Part shown: in pieces, positions 9,553-20,238 of the stretch
Layout: the number at the start of each line of letters is the position of its first letter
Numbering within the stretch: the stretch's first letter is position 1
Virus record (IMG/VR): IMGVR_UViG_3300025727_000008
Span: 14,573 to 78,572 of that record
Direction: 5' to 3' (one strand)
Length of the DNA: 64,000 nt
From: a virus
Translations under genes and position numbers: made by a program
The notes under the pieces: model-generated
Told to the model about the DNA's origin: nothing
The model's database searches: none
Seen by the model: the letters and a program-made list of their open reading frames with translations, nothing else

Positions 9553-9825
9553 TCAGGTGATTCTGCTGTACCACTCAATTTTCTCCTTTATTAGTATATC
9601 TTTTATTGTCTCGGCTTCCTTATCCCATTCAACATCTTCAGGATTTGTGTCGCCTTTTGCCAAATCCTCAAACAACCTTTGAATATATTTTAAACTTCCT
9701 AGTAAATTATTTACCCGCCCTCCAAGTTCACGAATTACGGCACTATCAGTTCCCTGTCGTAGGGTTTTATTATTAGGATTTCTCTTATCTGCGTCTTCTT
9801 TCTTTATTTCATCTTTCCAAGTCAT
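9553..9825 (-). CDS. Leader-motif hypothetical protein (MTWKDEIKK)
   Basis: ORF track; ATGA coupling. Confidence 0.65.
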   Translation of the reverse strand: MTWKDEIKKEDADKRNPNNKTLRQGTDSAVIRELGGRVNNLLGSLKYIQRLFEDLAKGDTNPEDVEWDKEAETIKDILIKEKIEWYSRIT

Positions 9826-10148
9826 TCTAAATCCCCCTTACTCTTAGGATAAACCATATCTCTTAATTGACGATATAGTGTTTCATAATCTTTTCTAAGT
9901 TCTGCTGCTGATGATACTATTTCTAAATTCCTTTCATCAAAGCCCTCAAACTTTTTTTGTAATTTTTTATCAGATTTAACTAAATCTAATTTACGCATTT
10001 CATCTAATAAATCAGATAAATGAGTCATCTCTTGACCCATATATTCAGTAGGTTGGGTTTTCTGTAAAAGTTTCTTAAGTTTCTTTTTTTGTTTAGGTTC
10101 AACTTTTTCTAAAATTGAAGTAGATTTAAGTATATTTTTCCAACTCAT
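9822..10148 (-). CDS. Leader-motif helical protein (MSWKNILK)
   Basis: ORF track. Confidence 0.7.
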   Translation of the reverse strand: MSWKNILKSTSILEKVEPKQKKKLKKLLQKTQPTEYMGQEMTHLSDLLDEMRKLDLVKSDKKLQKKFEGFDERNLEIVSSAAELRKDYETLYRQLRDMVYPKSKGDLE

Positions 10149-10185
10149 ATCTTACCCTTATCCATTCGCTTGTATGTATAGTTTA

Positions 10186-12174
10186 TCAATTTATGTTTTT
10201 AAGTTTAGAAATAATTAATTTTTCTAACCCGTTATTTTTCATAGATGTTACATATTCATTATAAATATCATCTAATTGCTTTTCAGTAGGGTTTGTTAAT
10301 TTACTTTGTTTTTCTTTTAGTGTTTTTATAAATTCCATATGTTGTATCTGCGCTGGTCTATTTAATTTTAAATCTCTAAGTGTATCAAACCATGAATCAG
10401 CCTCATCTTTCAAACTATCTATATTATCTCCTGTTTGGCTAGCATTTACATCTTTAATTTTCCTCTTCATGCGATGTGTTTCTTCTTTAGTATTATCAGG
10501 TAAATCTCCAAACCCTTCACCTAAAGCACCAGTACCATTAAATAAATTACTTAATTTTGTTAATTTCTTAACATATTTCTTTTTAAGTTCCTTAATTTTA
10601 TTTATGTTAGATTTGTTTTCCCGTTCTGTTATAGATGCGTCAACACGTTCTGTTAATTGTTCTATAGTTAATTTTTCACCTTTTTTACTATTTAAAGTAG
10701 TATCAAGCATATCTAAAATTTCTGTTTCTATTTCAATTATTTCTATATTTAACTTCTCTAGAAGAATATATTTTCCTTTAATTTTCAATGCAGATAAAAT
10801 ACCATTAAGTGCTTTTGATATTTTTTTCCTTTTACTAACTAATTCTTTAAAATTATCAATAATGGCTAAAGGCTCATTAGGTTTTGAATAACTAATACTA
10901 TCTTTGAAATCTTCAGTCATTTCATATCCATCATCATTAATATCTTTTACCCATTGTCGTTTTTGAGGTTTAACTTCTTTAGAGAGTTCGTATAGTTCTT
11001 TTATTGATACTCCGTCTAATGGAATGTCTGCATCTATTAGTGTTATTTCGTTTGATTTATCATTTAAATCTTTTATTGATTCATTTAAATCATCAATTCT
11101 AGATTGTTTCATAGGATTTTTAATTTCTACCATACAACTAATTATGAGTCTTAATATTTTTAAATTAGATTCAATTTCTAACATAAATTCTTTAAAATCA
11201 GGTTTATCCTTTTCAATATCAATACCATTATCACCTATTTCATCTTCTAATATTATTATTTTTTTTATTATTTCATATCCAATTAAATCATTATTTTTTT
11301 TAAAAAGAAGTGGTAAATGTTCATCTGCCTCTTTTATTAATTCAATATTATTTGATTCTATAGGTTCAATAAATTCTTCTATAAATTTAATAGTACTTTC
11401 ATAATCCATATCAAAATATTCAGTTAACAATTCTGTTGATTTATCACTTATATATTGATTATCAAATGTAATATCTAATTTATCAAATATAGCATATAAT
11501 ATTTTTTTGGATTTTATAAATCCGAAGTCTGTTATAATTTTAGAATATCTTTTAGGTATTTTTTCATTATTATTTAAATAACCATTTAATGATTCAGCAA
11601 GGCGTTTAATTAATTCATTTTCACTGTTAGTAGTAGTCTTTCCTGTATTTAATATTTTTTTAAACATTTCAAGGTCTTTATCTGATTTGTGTTTTTTAGG
11701 AATACCATAAATCTCTTTTAATCTAAAAATTAATCCACTTTTACGCTTTTTCTCTTCTAATAATAAGTTATATGCTTCAGGATATTTATCTTTAGTTATA
11801 TTTTTTTCAACATCATCTATTGCATTTTTAAGAATATTTAAAACTTTAAAATCATCTATTTTCCTTGTTCCTGTATCGTCTTTAGGAGTAGTAGTTTGTG
11901 TTTTTTCACCCTCTTCAAGTCGTTCCGTGTCTGTAAATGTTTTATGATGTATATATGTCCACTCACTATTATTAATATCATCCAAATTAAAAATATCTAA
12001 TTGAGGAACACCATCTAATTGATTATATTTATTTTTTACGTCTTTCATATCCCTAATTAAAGTCTTACTTTCCTTTAAATCCATCTCCCTATATTTACGC
12101 AAAATTTTTATTATGATTTCCGATAATGGTTTAAGTTTACGTTCTTTATTTTTTAAAATATCCATAAACGACAT
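10186..12174 (-). CDS. Large K/E/I-rich helical protein (MSFMDILK), candidate internal virion protein
   Basis: 662-aa ORF in the head module with a variant leader. Confidence 0.65.
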   Translation of the reverse strand: MSFMDILKNKERKLKPLSEIIIKILRKYREMDLKESKTLIRDMKDVKNKYNQLDGVPQLDIFNLDDINNSEWTYIHHKTFTDTERLEEGEKTQTTTPKDDTGTRKIDDFKVLNILKNAIDDVEKNITKDKYPEAYNLLLEEKKRKSGLIFRLKEIYGIPKKHKSDKDLEMFKKILNTGKTTTNSENELIKRLAESLNGYLNNNEKIPKRYSKIITDFGFIKSKKILYAIFDKLDITFDNQYISDKSTELLTEYFDMDYESTIKFIEEFIEPIESNNIELIKEADEHLPLLFKKNNDLIGYEIIKKIIILEDEIGDNGIDIEKDKPDFKEFMLEIESNLKILRLIISCMVEIKNPMKQSRIDDLNESIKDLNDKSNEITLIDADIPLDGVSIKELYELSKEVKPQKRQWVKDINDDGYEMTEDFKDSISYSKPNEPLAIIDNFKELVSKRKKISKALNGILSALKIKGKYILLEKLNIEIIEIETEILDMLDTTLNSKKGEKLTIEQLTERVDASITERENKSNINKIKELKKKYVKKLTKLSNLFNGTGALGEGFGDLPDNTKEETHRMKRKIKDVNASQTGDNIDSLKDEADSWFDTLRDLKLNRPAQIQHMEFIKTLKEKQSKLTNPTEKQLDDIYNEYVTSMKNNGLEKLIISKLKNIN

Positions 12175-12189
12175 TACTATTACCTCTGC

Positions 12190-12420
12190 TTAAAATGGGA
12201 TATTTTCACTACGCATATTTTTTCTTTTAGGAGTTATCATAACATCAGGTATGTTACTAGGGGCATCATCTGTTTTATTTTTTAATGTTGTAGATGGGTC
12301 TACACCAACTACCGCATAATCCTTACTAACAGTAACATTACTTCTCTGTTCCGAACCTTCCTTAATTCTTGCTTGCTTCAATTCTCTTTCTAATTGTCTT
12401 ACACTTTTTTCTTCACTCAT
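12190..12420 (-). CDS. Small hypothetical protein
   Basis: ORF directly after the portal gene. Confidence 0.6.
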   Translation of the reverse strand: MSEEKSVRQLERELKQARIKEGSEQRSNVTVSKDYAVVGVDPSTTLKNKTDDAPSNIPDVMITPKRKNMRSENIPF

Positions 12421-12421
12421 T

Positions 12422-14092
12422 TTATCCTACTCTCCTTTCTGTTCTTTTATCATTATTTTGATTACCAGCATCTTTAGGTAATCCTGTAAATCTTTTATCA
12501 GGGGCAACATTCATTCTAGGTTTGTTTCTCTTTTTAGGGGGTTCTGATTTTGCTTTTTCTGGAACACCCGCTTCTGCCAAACTAGGTTTATTACCCGCTT
12601 CCATCATTTGCCCTAATTGGCTTGCATCAACATCAGTTCCAGCATAAGGGTCAGGTTTGAAATCATCACCATCTGTTTGGGTTTTACCTTGTTCATCTCC
12701 TTCTACTGGTTCGGGTTTAGTATAAATAAATCCACCTTCATCATCCATTTCTACATCAAACCCTAAATTCTTTATTGAACCTGCAATATTAACTTCCATT
12801 TCTCTTAATCGAAGAACAGCAATTTCATCTTCTTCTTCAGAAGGTGGTAATTTTAATTCCCAATCAGTAATGCCAAATTCACTAGTCATAAAAGGAAATA
12901 CATAATTATTCCAAGTTGTTTGTGCCATCTCTACTGCGCGATTAGTAACAAGAATTTGCATACCTTCGTTATTTAACCCACCACTAGCAGAAGCATCATT
13001 CATAAACACTTTACTAACTCCATAGAACCCTGATATTCTATCTCTCAAATCATCTTTAACTGCAATATAATCCATTTCCTTAAGGCTGTCCATAAATCTA
13101 ACCCATTCAACAGAACCCTTACCACCTTCAGATTCTATTCCCATTACAGGTATGAAGTGTGGGTCTTGTTCCATCTTCTCTTTAACGCCACGCCAAAAAG
13201 ATTTCATTGAATCCATATTTCTAGTTTGAACAGCCAACAATCCCTTCGGCATTCTTGCCTTAGTATATGATGAATTTACATAATTATCCATTGCTATTAA
13301 GGTTGTAACATTATTCCATAATGTTATTATTGGCGACATACCATATAATCTAGAAGGAGAATATTTACTAAAATGTACTACTTCACCTTTAATGAAATAC
13401 TGTTCCTCTCCATTTACTCTATTAACATAATGAACAGGATATAATTCAGATGCACAAGTTTCACATAACTCAGTTTGATGACTATGTACTCTATCTCTAT
13501 GTCTTAAACAAATAAATCCACCTTTACCTCTTTCCCCTAATTCATTAGAATAAATATGCATAGTAACAGGGTCGCCTCTAAATATTTCTTTAATTTTATG
13601 CATTCTAATTTTTGAATTATTATCTAAATAATATTCTTTAACATTAACTAAATATGCATCATCCATAATATTCAAATCATCTTCTAATTCTTTTAATACA
13701 TCAATAAATAATTGTTCTGCACCATTAACATAACCATCTAAAAAATCTTTAGCATAACTTAATTGTTTAGGTTCAGGTTTAACTAAATTGGTAGAACCGC
13801 AATCAACACATTCCTTTACAGGAGTAGAATGTTCTTTATCACATTCTGCACACTTTTCTGTAAATTTTCCTTCCCATATATATCCCCGTCTAAATATTTC
13901 TTGTTTCAATTGAGTTATACAAGTTCGTACTATTGTTGATTGTTGAACTATATGATAAATTATAGGACTAGTTAACATATAGGAATTATCTCTTTCTTGT
14001 ATTCCTAAATTAAACACCGTTCTATCTGCGGGTTTAGGTGTAGTATTTCTAAACAAGTTAGTAAATGAAAACTTTCTTTTTTCTTCAACCAT
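12422..14092 (-). CDS. Portal protein with Zn-ribbon insertions
   Basis: Position between terminase and protease; EVVHFSKYSPSRLYGMSPI, MPKGLL and ISGFYGVSKVFM portal-type motifs. Confidence 0.85.
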   Translation of the reverse strand: MVEEKRKFSFTNLFRNTTPKPADRTVFNLGIQERDNSYMLTSPIIYHIVQQSTIVRTCITQLKQEIFRRGYIWEGKFTEKCAECDKEHSTPVKECVDCGSTNLVKPEPKQLSYAKDFLDGYVNGAEQLFIDVLKELEDDLNIMDDAYLVNVKEYYLDNNSKIRMHKIKEIFRGDPVTMHIYSNELGERGKGGFICLRHRDRVHSHQTELCETCASELYPVHYVNRVNGEEQYFIKGEVVHFSKYSPSRLYGMSPIITLWNNVTTLIAMDNYVNSSYTKARMPKGLLAVQTRNMDSMKSFWRGVKEKMEQDPHFIPVMGIESEGGKGSVEWVRFMDSLKEMDYIAVKDDLRDRISGFYGVSKVFMNDASASGGLNNEGMQILVTNRAVEMAQTTWNNYVFPFMTSEFGITDWELKLPPSEEEDEIAVLRLREMEVNIAGSIKNLGFDVEMDDEGGFIYTKPEPVEGDEQGKTQTDGDDFKPDPYAGTDVDASQLGQMMEAGNKPSLAEAGVPEKAKSEPPKKRNKPRMNVAPDKRFTGLPKDAGNQNNDKRTERRVG

Positions 14093-15429
14093 TAAGCAAC
14101 AACTCCTTCTAATCTATCCATTTCAAACATCTTACATTTATCATGTAATTTCGCTACCGTAGTAATATCTACCCCATCTTTAGAAAAATCATATCCTACA
14201 TGGTCTTTATGATTCTCATATTTCATTAATTGAAATAATTCTGTCTTTCTATTATTATACCAATCTTCTTTTTTATGTGATTTTTTCATTCGTATTAACT
14301 CCAATAAAATATCAGCATTAGACCCCTTCATTTTGAAGTGCGGTCTACACTTAGTTAGTATTTCAGTCACATCTGCTGCCGAATAAAAATTTAATCTATT
14401 AACTGGTCTAGTATCTTGTGGTGATTTTTGGTCTAAATGTAATCTCCCACATCCTAATGATTTATGCATTTCTAACATGAAAGCCTTACCTCTTTCACCT
14501 GTTGCAACTAATCCTACTCTTGGATTGAATTTTTTATCCATTGTTATGTAGCCATCAGAATCTATGAAAGCCGCAGTATATGCATAAATATCCTTTTTAA
14601 TATCATCACTAATTTTATACAAAGCACCGTTTACATTTGTAACATTACAAGATACTGCCATCTTTGAAATTATACTTGGAGTAGTTTTATTGAATAACGA
14701 TTTAGGTAATCGTTCATGTATTTGTCTTGCTGAAATACCAGCATCCTCACTAACAAGTTTAACTATGTTTTGCTTTATAATTTCTTTATCAAATCCCTTG
14801 TTAATAGATTTCATATGTTTCTTTATTAAATGTTTAAATTTTCTTTTGGTTGAAGTCATTTCCTTAGATAAATCACAATATTCTTGATTATATTTCATAT
14901 CTTTTAGTTCTAATTTTGCTTCCCAATATTTACATAATGTATCTACTAATTCTCTTCTAGTAGATTCATCTTGAACATATGATAATTTAATTAAATGTTC
15001 TTCACTGCAAGTCATATCTTTAACTACGGGTTTATATTTACTTATCCAATAAATATCATCTATACTTTTATCTAAATGATTAGAATAACCATCAATTAAA
15101 TTATCTATTGAATTTGATATTTTTATTTTATTATCCCCCTTTAAAGTTCTACGATATTTACGCATTTGTTTTATTAATTTAGGTATATCATTTCCTTCAA
15201 CTTCATATTTTTTTAATTTATAATTCAAATGTTTTTTAGCATCTGTTAATGATAATTTAAATTCTTTAGCAAAGATTTTCTCAAGTTGTGTATGGTCTGA
15301 TAAATTAGAATCAACTAACCAACTTCTTTTTAACTCATCAGTTATTCTTTTTTGTTCATCTTTAAGACGTTCTTCTTCATCAGCAAGTTCAGCCATTTCT
15401 CTCAAGTTTTCGCCTTTTTCACTAACCAT
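14092..15429 (-). CDS. LAGLIDADG homing-endonuclease-like protein with long helical N-terminus and HTH
   Basis: AYTAAFIDSDGYI motif, LGCGRL, ILTKCRPHFKMK. Confidence 0.75.
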   Translation of the reverse strand: MVSEKGENLREMAELADEEERLKDEQKRITDELKRSWLVDSNLSDHTQLEKIFAKEFKLSLTDAKKHLNYKLKKYEVEGNDIPKLIKQMRKYRRTLKGDNKIKISNSIDNLIDGYSNHLDKSIDDIYWISKYKPVVKDMTCSEEHLIKLSYVQDESTRRELVDTLCKYWEAKLELKDMKYNQEYCDLSKEMTSTKRKFKHLIKKHMKSINKGFDKEIIKQNIVKLVSEDAGISARQIHERLPKSLFNKTTPSIISKMAVSCNVTNVNGALYKISDDIKKDIYAYTAAFIDSDGYITMDKKFNPRVGLVATGERGKAFMLEMHKSLGCGRLHLDQKSPQDTRPVNRLNFYSAADVTEILTKCRPHFKMKGSNADILLELIRMKKSHKKEDWYNNRKTELFQLMKYENHKDHVGYDFSKDGVDITTVAKLHDKCKMFEMDRLEGVVA

Positions 15430-15441
15430 TATATCACCGCC

Positions 15442-16875
15442 CTAAAAGTTCAGTCCTAGCATACCGCCTAAAGAGTTATTCGTAGGAGTAGGAGATTCAA
15501 ATAACCCCATATCATCTAATAACATAAAAACATCTTGTGAATTTTGAGTAGCGGCATTGGCTAATGCTAAACTCATAACTAAATCGTCATGTGCGCCAAC
15601 TCCCTCAAATTTACCTGAATGAGTAATAGAAAACATAGACAATTCTTCTACTAATAAATTAGTTAATCTCTTACTAGTATTATCACCATAAGGAAAATTG
15701 ATTTTTCCATTTTCTATGTTCATTTGAAGGTTCAAAATGATTTCTTGTTTTCTTTTTCTAGTAGTATTGAAATCTGTAACATTCAAATCTGAAATGTTTC
15801 TTAATTCTTGAGTAAATGCTTTAGCAAAGGTATTAGTTTCGTATAGGATTTCTTCAGGTTCAAATATTTTACCAATCAATCTAATTTTATCTATGTTTTC
15901 TCTAAACTCAACATTTTTTGCTCTATCAACATGAACTACGGTTTTATTCATATGTTCATCTACTTCTAATACAGTAATAACATTATAATCACCATCTGTT
16001 GAAATAGCAGGGTCAACCCCAACATAATATTTGTAGCCTTTGTGTTTTCTATGTCCTAATTTAAGAACGTAATCTTTATTTTTACATTTATCTATAAATT
16101 GAGGATTAAATAATGCTGTTCCAGTGGAAATCGGAACACATAGATATTCCCTTGTAAACTTTAAAGAACCAATTTCCTTTTTCCTACGCATAAGGGCATC
16201 ATAATCCCATCTATCAACCCAAAGTGGTTCATTTAAGGCATTAAGACATGGATATTTAGTAACAGTATATGCTTCATTATCCTCTAATTGTGCAAAAATA
16301 TCAGTATAAGTGAAAGGAGTTCCAATCATTCTCAACTTAGAAGAATGGTGTAGGGTTGGTATCATATCTCCAAAGAACCAATCAGTTACTTTCTCAATAC
16401 CTACTAAACTAAATTCTTTCAAAGGGTCATCAATAATGATTTCTTGCGGGTGAAGTCCTCTAATTTGAGAACCAACTGAACGCTCTAAAATTGCGTTTCC
16501 ATTTGTAAGTTGTATATTTCCAATAGCCCAACCACGACTAGGTTTGTATGGTTTTAATGCTGGAAGATTAAAATATCTATCAATTTCTCGCATGTGAACT
16601 AATGTCTGTTTTTGGTTAGATGAAATGTATAGCATTTGGAATGGTGGTTCTTGGAATACTAAGTTCCACACAACCCAACTATGCATAAATACAGATTTAC
16701 CGTGGTCGCGGCTACAAATGATAACTGTTCTATCTGTTGTTTGCATACTCTCTAACCATTCATGCATATATTCAGGATATAATAATCCCAATACATTTTG
16801 GAAAAAATATGGAAAGGAAGTTTTAGATAATTCCATATCCATTTGAGTTACAAAATCTAAATTATCCAATTCCAT
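15442..16875 (-). CDS. terL: Terminase large subunit
   Basis: Walker A SRDHGKS, Walker B IIIDD, IGTPF, nuclease VGVDPA and HDDLVMSLALA. Confidence 0.93.
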   Translation of the reverse strand: MELDNLDFVTQMDMELSKTSFPYFFQNVLGLLYPEYMHEWLESMQTTDRTVIICSRDHGKSVFMHSWVVWNLVFQEPPFQMLYISSNQKQTLVHMREIDRYFNLPALKPYKPSRGWAIGNIQLTNGNAILERSVGSQIRGLHPQEIIIDDPLKEFSLVGIEKVTDWFFGDMIPTLHHSSKLRMIGTPFTYTDIFAQLEDNEAYTVTKYPCLNALNEPLWVDRWDYDALMRRKKEIGSLKFTREYLCVPISTGTALFNPQFIDKCKNKDYVLKLGHRKHKGYKYYVGVDPAISTDGDYNVITVLEVDEHMNKTVVHVDRAKNVEFRENIDKIRLIGKIFEPEEILYETNTFAKAFTQELRNISDLNVTDFNTTRKRKQEIILNLQMNIENGKINFPYGDNTSKRLTNLLVEELSMFSITHSGKFEGVGAHDDLVMSLALANAATQNSQDVFMLLDDMGLFESPTPTNNSLGGMLGLNF

Positions 16876-16876
16876 A

Positions 16877-17467
16877 CTATGTCTCCATAAACATAAACAT
16901 AGTTGCTTCTAATTCACTCATTGCCTTTACAATATTCCAAGCCTTATTCATTGAATTAGGATTCCAAACTAATATTTTATCCCCGCCAATTCTTTTTCTT
17001 TCATTTTCAACTACTTCCATTGGTAATCCTTCAGGAATTTCTTCATCAGTAGGATTTTTAATCCAACCTCTTCTTTGAAATGCAGCAATCCAACCACCAT
17101 CAGGTATAGTTTTATTATTTATACTACCTAAAATAGGTTTATCCTTTATCAATTGCATTCTTTTATCTATTAAATTAGAAGAAATTCTTTTTTTTCTATA
17201 TGGAGTAGCAATAGTGCTTCCGGCTAAAACCACATAACTTTTTTTTTCAGACCAACCCGAATAACCCACAATCATATCTCCGTCTAATGCAATTAGATAT
17301 TTTACATTATCAACAGAATATGGACTTAAAGTGGGGCGTGTTTTTCTAGGGTTTTTATTTTGAACATATATTTTTTGCCAATTTTCTTCGCGAGATTCTC
17401 CCCATTGACTATTCCATAGTTCTAACATCTCTGCTTCTGTATATATTTTACTAGGGTATGTTATCAT
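16877..17467 (-). CDS. GNAT-fold acetyltransferase
   Basis: YLIALDGDMIVGY strand and ATPYRKKRISSNLI motif-A-like segment. Confidence 0.6.
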   Translation of the reverse strand: MITYPSKIYTEAEMLELWNSQWGESREENWQKIYVQNKNPRKTRPTLSPYSVDNVKYLIALDGDMIVGYSGWSEKKSYVVLAGSTIATPYRKKRISSNLIDKRMQLIKDKPILGSINNKTIPDGGWIAAFQRRGWIKNPTDEEIPEGLPMEVVENERKRIGGDKILVWNPNSMNKAWNIVKAMSELEATMFMFMET

Positions 17468-17471
17468 AATA

Positions 17472-20234
17472 TCACCTAAAGTTAGCCTTTAAGAAATATA
17501 CACTTTCTTTTGGAACACCATGTTTTACACCAATTTCACCTAAAGAATTAATCTCATTAACTATTAAATATATTTCATGGGCAGTTACATCTACATTATA
17601 ATCATTTTTCATTATTTCAATAGCAGCATTAGTATGGTCGAAATTATCTAATTTAGATGTATTATAGTATATTGGTTTACCTAACATTTTTCTAATACTA
17701 TCATGTGCTTTTAGCATTTTATATTCCATAGTTGCTTCAGAATTTTTAAACTCATCTAATGCCTGTACGAAATTAATTATAATATTAGCATTTTTTTGTT
17801 TACTTCCACTAAAAGACTGTTCAATACTTTCTCTATGATTATGTATTTCTTTAACTATCATATAAAATGGGTAATTTTTTCTCTTACTCTTACTACTATC
17901 ATCATGCCAATTTTCAGGAGTTTTCTTAGAGTCTGAATTAGGGAAATATCCTTCAGGATTAATATTACTCTTACTATGATACTCAAAATATTCCTCTAAC
18001 CTTCCATAGTTATCTAATATATTATACAGATGTGTTCCGAATTCTTCATTAGCATCTGTTAATAATATTTTATCATTTTTATCTAAATCTGCAATTAGTT
18101 TAACTAAGTTAATTCCTTCTTTCATCAGGTCAATAATTTTAGCCATTGTTATATTTTTATTGGGGGTATTTATTTTATTAAGATAATTAGTTACTCTTTT
18201 AATATGTCTAGGTTTAAATTTACTATAACCTAGTTCTAATGTTTCATCCGACATATAATTTTCAAGTGTTTTTCTTTTAGTAGCACCTCTCAATATACCA
18301 AATACTCTCGTTAAATTATTATCTCCTGTATCTAACGATAATGAATCTTCAAAAGGGGAATATCTACTGTTTATGGGAGTTACAAAATACTCATTAATAA
18401 TTTCTAATAATGCTTTAAATGTTTTATCTAGTTTTTTAAGTTGCTCACCTTCAATCATAATTTCATCATCACCAATAGAACCTAAGTTTTCCAATAATGG
18501 TGATATTAATGCCTGTACTGCTGTTTTTTTCTTACGATATTTATCAGTAGTTTTGGTAGGTGCAACAACACCAGTATCATATAACTTAGAAAAAGTAATT
18601 AAAAATTCTGCAATCCTATCTGTTTTTATCTTTATTTTTCCAACTTCTGTTATAGGAGTTTCAACATATTCATCAACATTTTCTTCTCTACCTTCCTTTA
18701 CTTGATTATCCATTTTACCCATAAATAATGTAGATATGGTAGTCTTAGATAATGGTAAATAATATTCAGACTCATTTAACACAGAAGCAGTTCGGTTTAA
18801 TTTTTTAACATATTGTAATATTAATGGCTCTATATCCACATCCATTACTGAATGATATTTATCTGATTCATTAAGTAATAATCTTTCTAATGTTTTCATT
18901 TCATCGAATAATACAGGAGTAGGGTCTTTAAATGCTTTATTTTTAAATTCTAAATAATACAAAGGGTCAACCTTTATTTTTCTCATATCACTTAATGTCT
19001 TACCTAAAACAATAATATCTTTTTTAGGTAATTCTGCTCCTTTTTTCCCACCTTCCACTTCCGCAGTATCAGACACTATATTACCCTCATCATCAAATTG
19101 AGCAACACTCTCGTAATGTTGTTCATCAGGTTCAAATTCATCTTTTATTAAAGGTAATAATTTTTTATTGTTTAAAATCCCCTCAAATAAAACTAAATGT
19201 TTTTCATGTTTCATAAAATCATCTAACTCTTTTGCTTCAAAAGAACTAACATAATTTAAATTATTATCAAGTTCATTACTAACTATATTTTCATTAAATT
19301 CTAATAATTTAATAATAATATTTTTAGTTTCTCCGGTAAATTTTTCTATACCCATATTGTCGATTTCTGTTTTAAATGCCTTAAATTTATTTTGAAAGAC
19401 CTTGTAATCTTTATTTACTTCTTCCCAATACTGATATATGGCCGCTCTATTACTTGCTTTACGAGAATCTAATGTTCCTACCATATCATTAATAGGTAAA
19501 AACATTTTTTTATTATCATTTGAATTATATATTTTAAGTTGTTCATAGATAGGTTGCATTGGAGTTTTCTTATGTGGTTCAAGAAGATTAATAAAATCCA
19601 TATATTTATCTATATCTTTTTTATCTATATCTTTACCTTGTTTGAAATTAACTACATCTATTTTTTGCGTCATGTTTTCAAACACTTTTTTGTAGTTTAC
19701 AGATTTACCATCAGAATCAACGAACAAATTCAATATTTCTTTTATTTTATCATTTTCAGATTGTAACTCATTTTGTCTTTGTCCAGCAGATACTTTACCA
19801 CTTACCTCTATATCATGTTCTTTTAATACATGTTGTATCATTAAACTAACCTTATTTGAAAAATCACTAATATATTCTTCATCTATTCTTTTATTAAGAT
19901 GGGTATAAGCACCAAATATTTGTTTTGTAAACTCATTTTTTGTTTGAGTATCATTTGATGTTCTTTCTAGGTTTAATTTTCCATCTTCATTTAATATGTA
20001 TTCTCTTTTCGGTGTTGAAGGAGAATTTAAAAAATCATTTAATTTTTCAGGTTTATTAAATATTTTATCAAGAACACTTTTTGTAAATTGTATTTTATCT
20101 GATATAGTATTTTCAATAAATTCGGTATTTTCTTCATAGAAATTTTTGATAATATATTTCCTAGTTGGTTTATATCCTTCTAACATATACTTAGCAAAAA
20201 TTTCCTTCTCGTCTTGCCAACTTATTTCACTCAT
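17472..20234 (-). CDS. Large hypothetical protein (920 aa), candidate virion protein
   Basis: Long ORF in the structural arm; no recognisable motif. Confidence 0.7.
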   Translation of the reverse strand: MSEISWQDEKEIFAKYMLEGYKPTRKYIIKNFYEENTEFIENTISDKIQFTKSVLDKIFNKPEKLNDFLNSPSTPKREYILNEDGKLNLERTSNDTQTKNEFTKQIFGAYTHLNKRIDEEYISDFSNKVSLMIQHVLKEHDIEVSGKVSAGQRQNELQSENDKIKEILNLFVDSDGKSVNYKKVFENMTQKIDVVNFKQGKDIDKKDIDKYMDFINLLEPHKKTPMQPIYEQLKIYNSNDNKKMFLPINDMVGTLDSRKASNRAAIYQYWEEVNKDYKVFQNKFKAFKTEIDNMGIEKFTGETKNIIIKLLEFNENIVSNELDNNLNYVSSFEAKELDDFMKHEKHLVLFEGILNNKKLLPLIKDEFEPDEQHYESVAQFDDEGNIVSDTAEVEGGKKGAELPKKDIIVLGKTLSDMRKIKVDPLYYLEFKNKAFKDPTPVLFDEMKTLERLLLNESDKYHSVMDVDIEPLILQYVKKLNRTASVLNESEYYLPLSKTTISTLFMGKMDNQVKEGREENVDEYVETPITEVGKIKIKTDRIAEFLITFSKLYDTGVVAPTKTTDKYRKKKTAVQALISPLLENLGSIGDDEIMIEGEQLKKLDKTFKALLEIINEYFVTPINSRYSPFEDSLSLDTGDNNLTRVFGILRGATKRKTLENYMSDETLELGYSKFKPRHIKRVTNYLNKINTPNKNITMAKIIDLMKEGINLVKLIADLDKNDKILLTDANEEFGTHLYNILDNYGRLEEYFEYHSKSNINPEGYFPNSDSKKTPENWHDDSSKSKRKNYPFYMIVKEIHNHRESIEQSFSGSKQKNANIIINFVQALDEFKNSEATMEYKMLKAHDSIRKMLGKPIYYNTSKLDNFDHTNAAIEIMKNDYNVDVTAHEIYLIVNEINSLGEIGVKHGVPKESVYFLKANFR

Positions 20235-20238
20235 ATTA

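Noticed and set aside
17472-20234. MSEISWQDEKEI as a member of the leader family
   Set aside because: SWQD matches but the hydrophobic-hydrophobic-Lys end is absent; not counted
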